A stretch of 32,150 nt of DNA from an uncultured Anaerolineales bacterium. Its GTDB lineage: Bacteria > Chloroflexota > Anaerolineae > Anaerolineales > UBA6663. The DNA lies in assembly GCA_964449185.1 (NCBI GenBank), contig CAYUYN010000005.1, positions 1 through 32,150 of the forward strand, read 5' to 3'. The notes beneath the pieces were generated by a model. The model was not told the DNA's origin. It saw only the letters and a list, made by a program, of their open reading frames with translations, and ran no database searches. Below are positions 27,181 through 32,150 of this stretch, in pieces; position 1 is the stretch's first letter; each line of letters starts with the position of its first letter. A program made the translations under genes and the position numbers.

Positions 27181-27225
27181 GGGGCCGAACTTCACCTCGC
27201 CAACCAACCTTGAAGGAGATCCAAA

Positions 27226-27465
27226 ATGGCAGATACGCTTGAAGAAGTCACGGGAATCATCGTCGAGCTGCTCGGCGCCGATCCTGTGAAAGTGCAGCCC
27301 GAAGCTCGTTTCCGCGAAGACCTGGAAGCCGACTCGCTCGACCTGGTCGAATTGATCATGGCGTTTGAGGAGAAGTTTGGCGGCGAGATCTCCGACGAGG
27401 ACGCGCAGAAGATCACCACCGTGGGCGAGGCCGTCACCTACCTCGACAGCCGCCGGAAGACCTAG
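27226..27465 (+). CDS. acpP: Acyl carrier protein
   Basis: 79 aa, acidic, [20 protein letters not shown] phosphopantetheine motif, [24 protein letters not shown]. Confidence 0.97.
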   Translation: MADTLEEVTGIIVELLGADPVKVQPEARFREDLEADSLDLVELIMAFEEKFGGEISDEDAQKITTVGEAVTYLDSRRKT

Positions 27466-27502
27466 ACCTGGCGGTTCGGCCGGCTTAGTTCCTTCGTCAT
27501 CC

Positions 27503-27540
27503 AAATGGGCGAGCCTTTGGCCTCGCCCGTTTTGATTCTT
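27503..27540 (+). terminator. Rho-independent terminator of acpP
   Basis: Stem AATGGGCGAG / CTCGCCCGTT (one T-G) followed by TTGATTCTT. Confidence 0.7.
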
Positions 27541-27550
27541 GCGGCCTCAC

Positions 27551-27748
27551 CGCGCCATCCACCTCAAGCTGGATGAGCTCATCCGCGGCGTACAGCACGC
27601 GCGCAACAGCCTGGTGGACCTGGAAAACTTGTCCGACGAGGAGCTTGACAAGCTCCAGGATGAGTTCCAGCGCTTCCGCGAAACGGCCGAGAAAGCCCAC
27701 GGCCGCGACAAGGCCCCGGAGCCGCACGCACCGCATCAGCACAAGTAG
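27551..27748 (+). pseudogene. 3' remnant of a low-affinity iron permease family gene
   Basis: RAIHLKLDELIRGVQHARNSLVDLENLSDEEL matches the conserved C-terminal half of this family. The N-terminal TM part (NTGTTIITFLMVFLIQNTQNRD type) is absent, and the only start (TTG 27539) lies in the terminator tail without an SD. Confidence 0.7.
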
Positions 27749-27772
27749 GGAGGCGCCAGGGCAAATCAAAGC

Positions 27773-29053
27773 CTACAGCGTCAGAAACCCGCGCGGGTTG
27801 GCCTGGTAGCCGGGGAAGATGGCGTCCAGCGCCGTGTTGTTGAGCCGCTTCTGGCAGACCTCGGCCAGCACGTCGCGGTAGTCGGTGGTCACGTCCAGGT
27901 CGCCCGGGCCAACCAGTTGCCCAGCGCCCAGGCCGGGCCACCGGCCATGGACTTGCCCGCCCACGACGTGGCCGCCCATGAGCATCATCAGGCTGCCATG
28001 CCCGTGGTCGGTGCCCAGGCTGCCGTTCTCCTGCACCCGGCGCCCGAACTCCGACATTGTGACAATGGTCAGCCGGCTGGCCCAGTCAAACAGGTCTGCG
28101 TGGAAGGCCGCCAAGCCCTGCGCCAGGTCGCTGAGCAGGCCGGCCATCAGCCCCTGGCTGCCGCCCTGCGCAAAGTGCGTGTCCCAGCCGCCTACATCGA
28201 TCGCCGCCACCTCTAAACCCACCTCCGCCTTGATCAGCATGGCGATTTGCCGCAGCCCCAGTCCAAATTCGCTGTCGGGGTAGGGCTGGTCGCCGCTGGG
28301 CTGGTAGCCCCGCGGGTCCAGCGCCTGTAGGGTGTCCAGCATTTCCAGAGTCTCCTGGCCCACCAGGCTCAGCTCGGGCTGCCCGGCGGCCTGCACGCCG
28401 CCATTGCCATAGAGCGAGGCCAGCCCGGCCTGCATCTGCGCCACGGCCCGCGCATCGCCGCCCAGGTGAAAGTCGGCGATCGAGCGCAGCGCCGAAATCG
28501 GCACGGCCCCGCTCAGGCTGCGCTGGGGCATCTGCCCCAGGCCCACGGCTCGCAGCGGCGAAGAGTTGCCTGTGTTCGTGGTCGCCAGGTGCCGCCCAAT
28601 CCAGCCGGAGGCCGGGCCGCGCTCGTCGTCGACCCCGCGCTCCATGAGTTCCATGGCCCGGAAGTGGCTGCGCGACTCGTCCGGCGCGCCGCAGGCGTGG
28701 ATGGGCGCCAGTTGCCCTGCCTGCCAGGCCGGCAGCAGGGGCCGCAGGGCGGGGTGCAGACCAAAGAAGCCATCCAGGTCCACCGCGCGCAGCCCGGCCG
28801 CCGCGCGGCTGTCGTCGGGCCGGGGAATGCCCAGCGTGGGCCGCCGCGCGTAGTAGGCGCTCTCGCCGTGCGGCACGATGATGTTGAGGGCATCCGCCGC
28901 GCCGCGCAGAAAGACCACCACCAGGGTGTCGCCGCGCGGGGCGGACTGCCGTGGGGCAAAGGCCAGGCGCGGCATCCATTGGGGCCAGGCCACGGTGCCG
29001 CCCAACACGGCGGCGGATTGCAGAAAGCGGCGGCGAGTGATGCTCAGGTTCAT
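27773..29053 (-). CDS. DUF1501 domain protein with Tat signal
   Basis: TRRRFLQ signal; LVVVFLRGAADALN, FGLHPAL, SRSHF, GWIGR, GGWDTH, SEFGR, GTDHG. SD GAGG. Confidence 0.9.
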   Translation of the reverse strand: MNLSITRRRFLQSAAVLGGTVAWPQWMPRLAFAPRQSAPRGDTLVVVFLRGAADALNIIVPHGESAYYARRPTLGIPRPDDSRAAAGLRAVDLDGFFGLHPALRPLLPAWQAGQLAPIHACGAPDESRSHFRAMELMERGVDDERGPASGWIGRHLATTNTGNSSPLRAVGLGQMPQRSLSGAVPISALRSIADFHLGGDARAVAQMQAGLASLYGNGGVQAAGQPELSLVGQETLEMLDTLQALDPRGYQPSGDQPYPDSEFGLGLRQIAMLIKAEVGLEVAAIDVGGWDTHFAQGGSQGLMAGLLSDLAQGLAAFHADLFDWASRLTIVTMSEFGRRVQENGSLGTDHGHGSLMMLMGGHVVGGQVHGRWPGLGAGQLVGPGDLDVTTDYRDVLAEVCQKRLNNTALDAIFPGYQANPRGFLTL

Positions 29054-29086
29054 GGTGTCCTCTCTAACATTATTGCGTCAATTCAA

Positions 29087-30589
29087 TTAGCGCCATTGGA
29101 ACGCCGGCGCGCTCAACAGTCCAGCCGTCAAGATACTCGGCAGGTCTTCGGCCTGGGCGCCCGCCGAACGCAGGGCGCCCAGCAGGTCGGCGCCCGCCGC
29201 CATGGGCAAGGGCGCGCCCAACAGATGCTCGCCCAACCCGGCCAGCAGCGCCTCGGGCGAGTTGCCCGCGCCCGGCAGCTCCACCGTGGTGCCTTCCAGC
29301 TCGTTGCGCGCCACGGCCAACGCAAACTGCCAGCGCGGCATCAGGTTCCCCTGCCAGGGGGTGGCACGGTCCGGGTAGCCATCCGGGGTAGGCCACGAGA
29401 AGTAAGGCTGGCCCATCCGCAGCAGGTACTCTTGCAGCCGGGGGCCGCCATTGGTCTCGGCGTTCAGCGCGCGCAGCGCGGAAACCACGAAGTGCACTGG
29501 GCGCTTGAACTTGGGCGCGGCGACCGGCCTGGTTCCCGCCAGCCCATCGAGCAGGATCACGCGCAGCACGGCCTTGAGGTCGCCCTGGGTTTTCAGGAAG
29601 GCCGCCGCCGCTCGCTCTACGATCTCCGTTGGCGGCTCGTCGGCCAGGAAGCGCCGCGCCAGCTTGGTGGCGATGAAGCGGGCCGTGGACGGATGCCCGG
29701 CCAGCAATTCCAGCACTTGCTCGGCCTCGGCCTGGCCGTTTGGCTGCAGCCGCAAACCGAGCACTTCCTTGACGCCCTGGTCGTGTTGGTCAACGTCGAA
29801 CTTGAACTGGCCGCGCCAAAAGTTGGGCTTGACCGTCCAGCCGGTCAGCGCGCGCGCCAGCTCCATCACATCCCTTTGCGAATAGCCGCCGTTCACGCCC
29901 AGGGTGTGCAGCTCCATCACCTCGCGGGCGTAATTCTCGTTGGGCGCGTTCTTGCCGTTGACCTGGTTGTCCAGATACACCAGCATGGCCGGCGAGTGGG
30001 CCGAGGCCCACAACAGATCGCGGAAACGGCCCAGGGCGTGTGGGCGCACCACTTCACGGTCATCAATAGTCTTCAGGAAGAAGCAGTCGCCCTTTTCGGC
30101 GCTGATGTTGAAGTGGTCGGTCCAGAATTCGACCAGCAGCTCATACAGTTGCCGCCGGCTGTACACCTGGCGCACCAGCGTGGCCTGCCGCAGCTCGTTG
30201 GGCACCGTGGTGGTATCCAGGTCGTCAAACAGCCGGTTGCTGAGCGTGGCCAGATCGTCGGAGCTCATGCCCAGCGTCTCAAAGCGGCGCAGGCGCCAAT
30301 CGGTCGGGCCGTCGTCGAGGGTCTCGGGAGCGAGCTGCTCCTCGATCCAGCCGGCCAGGCCGATTTCGGCCACGCGCCAGCGCTCGGCGATGCGCGGCCC
30401 AAACGTCAGGCGGCTGAGGGCCTGGTAGGTGCCGGCGTCCAGGGCCGGCCAGGGATCTGCGGCGGCGGGTTCAGCCGGACCCCCCAACCGCGAGTACACC
30501 GGCGCGCAGGCAGTCACAACCGCGCTGGCCGATACCAGCCCGGCGAGCCGCAGGAAATCGCGACGAGACAGGGCTTTGGTGGTGGACAT
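29087..30589 (-). CDS. DUF1800 domain protein, probable Tat lipoprotein
   Basis: SRRDFLRL plus lipobox VTAC; RLTFGP, FWTDHFN, SPAMLVYLDN, PNENYAREVMELHTLG, DVMELARALTGW. Confidence 0.9.
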   Translation of the reverse strand: MSTTKALSRRDFLRLAGLVSASAVVTACAPVYSRLGGPAEPAAADPWPALDAGTYQALSRLTFGPRIAERWRVAEIGLAGWIEEQLAPETLDDGPTDWRLRRFETLGMSSDDLATLSNRLFDDLDTTTVPNELRQATLVRQVYSRRQLYELLVEFWTDHFNISAEKGDCFFLKTIDDREVVRPHALGRFRDLLWASAHSPAMLVYLDNQVNGKNAPNENYAREVMELHTLGVNGGYSQRDVMELARALTGWTVKPNFWRGQFKFDVDQHDQGVKEVLGLRLQPNGQAEAEQVLELLAGHPSTARFIATKLARRFLADEPPTEIVERAAAAFLKTQGDLKAVLRVILLDGLAGTRPVAAPKFKRPVHFVVSALRALNAETNGGPRLQEYLLRMGQPYFSWPTPDGYPDRATPWQGNLMPRWQFALAVARNELEGTTVELPGAGNSPEALLAGLGEHLLGAPLPMAAGADLLGALRSAGAQAEDLPSILTAGLLSAPAFQWR

Positions 30590-30592
30590 GGC

Positions 30593-31126
30593 TTAGGCCT
30601 GGGGCACGCCGGCGGCGGCCACAACGGGACTGACGACGGTTTGGCGCTCACGCGCCGGCTGCCAACGCAGCAGCGCGAACACGGTGGCGCCCAGGCTGAC
30701 CACGATGGCCACCGGCACGACCACCACCCAGCCGACGAAGGGCAGGGCCGCGGCCAGCTCCAGCACCACGGCCGCGCGCACAAAGGCGGCGGCCGGCGAT
30801 AGGCGGCTTTCGCTCTGCAGGCGGCGTGCCATCACGGCCGCCAGGCCGGAGGCACCCAGGCTGGCGACGCTGAGGCTGGCGGCGACGCCGACCCAGCCCA
30901 ACAGTTGAGCGGGACCAATCGGCAGGGCGATGAGGAGGGTGGTGGGGATGACGATCAAGGCCGTCACCACGCCGCCCAGCCAAAAGCACTGCCACGGCGT
31001 TTGCTCCAGCCGGACGCGCGCGCGCTCCACCGCGGCCGGGAACAGCAGCCACCAGGCGGTGAGGAAACCGGGGAAGACGATGCCAAGACTGAGCAGGATG
31101 CCAAAGATGGCGGTGACGTCGGACAT
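30593..31126 (-). CDS. Multi-pass membrane protein (paralog of 31547-32047)
   Basis: About 5 hydrophobic segments; SD AAGGAG; 3 bp from the DUF1800 start; shares LFP..V.R.R, GLA...RL and P.VGW....P....LGA motifs with the upstream gene. Confidence 0.85.
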   Translation of the reverse strand: MSDVTAIFGILLSLGIVFPGFLTAWWLLFPAAVERARVRLEQTPWQCFWLGGVVTALIVIPTTLLIALPIGPAQLLGWVGVAASLSVASLGASGLAAVMARRLQSESRLSPAAAFVRAAVVLELAAALPFVGWVVVVPVAIVVSLGATVFALLRWQPARERQTVVSPVVAAAGVPQA

Positions 31127-31141
31127 GGGAGACTCCTTGGG

Positions 31142-31169
31142 AACTGGTAATTGGCAATTGGCAATTGGT
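31142..31169. repeat. Heptamer tandem repeat (AATTGGC-like) x4
   Basis: AACTGGT AATTGGC AATTGGC AATTGGT, immediately upstream of the SD of 30593-31126. Confidence 0.75.
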
Positions 31170-31220
31170 CATGCGTCGGCCCAATGCGTTCGCGGGGGCG
31201 ATTGAGTTGGGTCTATGGGG

Positions 31221-31250
31221 TATTACAGGCTGGGAGGGGGGAATGTTGCA
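31221..31250 (-). promoter_or_regulatory. Candidate ECF-sigma promoter for the membrane protein-DUF1800-DUF1501 unit
   Basis: Minus strand TGCAAC (31250-31245), 17 nt, TGTAATA; similar to the AAC...(C)GT ECF consensus such as SigW TGAAAC-N16-CGTA. Confidence 0.4.
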
Positions 31251-31272
31251 GGAGAGGGTAATACGGCCGTTC

Positions 31273-31296
31273 GTAGTGACGCCGCCCCGCGGCGTC
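31273..31296. repeat. Single GTAG-type REP unit
   Basis: GTAG-T-GACGCCG-CCCCG-CGGCGTC: GTAG foot plus a perfect 7-bp stem. Confidence 0.6.
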
Positions 31297-31357
31297 TGTG
31301 ATTTTTATGCGCGTTTACAGGCCGTGAATGCTCTGTGACAAATCATGGCAAAAACGA

Positions 31358-31486
31358 TGTCATTTCGACACGCCACGAGCGGCTGGCGTTAGCGTCCACC
31401 ATGCGGCGCGGAGAAATCTCACCACGAGATTTCTCCGCCCATTACCTTGAGCGCAGGCACAAGCACACCTGGGCGTCGAAATGACA
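31358..31486. mobile_element. 129-bp non-autonomous palindromic element (TGTCAT...ATGACA type)
   Basis: Perfect 12-bp terminal inverted repeats TGTCATTTCGAC (31358-31369) / GTCGAAATGACA (31475-31486), with central 13-bp hairpin GCGGAGAAATCTC-ACCAC-GAGATTTCTCCGC (31408-31438). Confidence 0.7.
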
Positions 31487-31546
31487 CTGATCGCGAGTCT
31501 TGTGCATGGCATTTTCGAGGCAGAGACCCTGTTAGTTTTGCCCCCG

Positions 31547-32047
31547 TTACCCCGCCACCACCTCACCCTTGGGCCGTGTGTACAAGAAGCTAAGCACAAA
31601 CGCCCCCAGCCCGACGATAGCGGCATACGGCAGCAGCGCGAACCAGCCCACCACCGGTGTCGCGCAAGCGAGGGACAGGGCCAGCGAGCCCCAGATGGTG
31701 CGCGCGGCGGGACCTTGCGACGGCGCCAGACGCTCGCCGACGAGCTGCACCAGGCCGGCGAGGCCGAAGATCAAGCCAATGGCGATGACGGCCAACACGA
31801 GGGTGCCGGGGATGGAGAAGAGCGTGAACCCCAGGTTGTCGCTAAGCACGAAGAACGTGAAGGCCAGGGCCGAGAGGAAGATCCAATTGAGCACGCCGAC
31901 TCCAAAGGCGCGGCTGGGTGACGCGTCGGCCATGGCGCGCGTGCGCGCGACGCGATTGGGAAAGAGGGCGTTGACGACCAGAAAAAAGGCCGTCAGCGTC
32001 AAGCTGCCAAGGACGACCGCCGCGCTCAAACCAAGCAGTTCATTCAT
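31547..32047 (-). CDS. Multi-pass membrane protein (paralog of 30593-31126)
   Basis: About 5 TM segments. GGAG 6 nt before ATG 32047 (MNELLG); in-frame ATGs also at 32050 and 32053 overlap the upstream stop. Confidence 0.85.
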   Translation of the reverse strand: MNELLGLSAAVVLGSLTLTAFFLVVNALFPNRVARTRAMADASPSRAFGVGVLNWIFLSALAFTFFVLSDNLGFTLFSIPGTLVLAVIAIGLIFGLAGLVQLVGERLAPSQGPAARTIWGSLALSLACATPVVGWFALLPYAAIVGLGAFVLSFLYTRPKGEVVAG

Positions 32048-32049
32048 CA

Positions 32050-32150
32050 TCATCTCCGCGCGGGATCGCGCTGGGGGTGGTGCAGCAGCCAAACGTGGCT
32101 GAGCAGCCATAGCAAGCCGGTGCTGGCGGCGACCGCCAGCAGCAGGTTGA
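32050..32150 (-). CDS. 3' end of an upstream membrane protein (partial; possibly anti-sigma-like)
   Basis: Hand translation ...NLLLAVAASTGLLWLLSHVWLLHHPQRDPARR-stop. TGA at 32052-32050 overlaps the next ATGs. Anti-sigma identity is only a guess. Confidence 0.55.
   Translation of the reverse strand, partial: NLLLAVAASTGLLWLLSHVWLLHHPQRDPARR

Noticed and set aside
28466-30802. 778-aa plus-strand ORF
   Set aside because: Antisense to the well-supported DUF1501/DUF1800 genes; composition is that of a shadow ORF.

Overview
High-GC bacterial chromosomal segment, probably Chloroflexota/Anaerolineae (inferred from Thr/Pro-linker SH3 proteins, acidic family-5 sugar-binding lipoprotein, type-2 IPP isomerase plus archaeal-type GGPP synthase). 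Four blocks. (1) 1-5285, minus strand: a four-gene operon of a Zn-ribbon/TM microprotein, a membrane-anchored SH3 plus beta-sandwich protein, a TRAFAC-type GTPase, and a >935-aa ORF that runs off the left edge and is missing from the ORF track. It resembles GTPase-centred (GAP1-type) conflict/signalling systems. (2) 5496-21938: a LacI-controlled glycan locus with divergent iolB, a GH141-like beta-helix protein, two GH29 enzymes, a Dpp/Opp-type ABC importer, a mutarotase, a YjjN/LgnH-like Zn dehydrogenase and a COG3618 lactonase. Its make-up suggests oxidative catabolism of an L-hexose rather than standard L-fucose catabolism. (3) 21990-27748: housekeeping genes (MtaD-like amidohydrolase, hemW with an in-frame heptamer-repeat insertion, GGPP synthase, fni, acpP) and an iron-permease gene remnant. 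(4) 27773-32150: Tat-exported DUF1501/DUF1800 pair with two paralogous membrane proteins and a candidate ECF promoter. At least five families of short palindromic/REP-like elements occur, two of them inside coding sequences. No rRNA, tRNA, CRISPR array or transposase was seen. All family assignments are from motif recognition by eye, not database searches.
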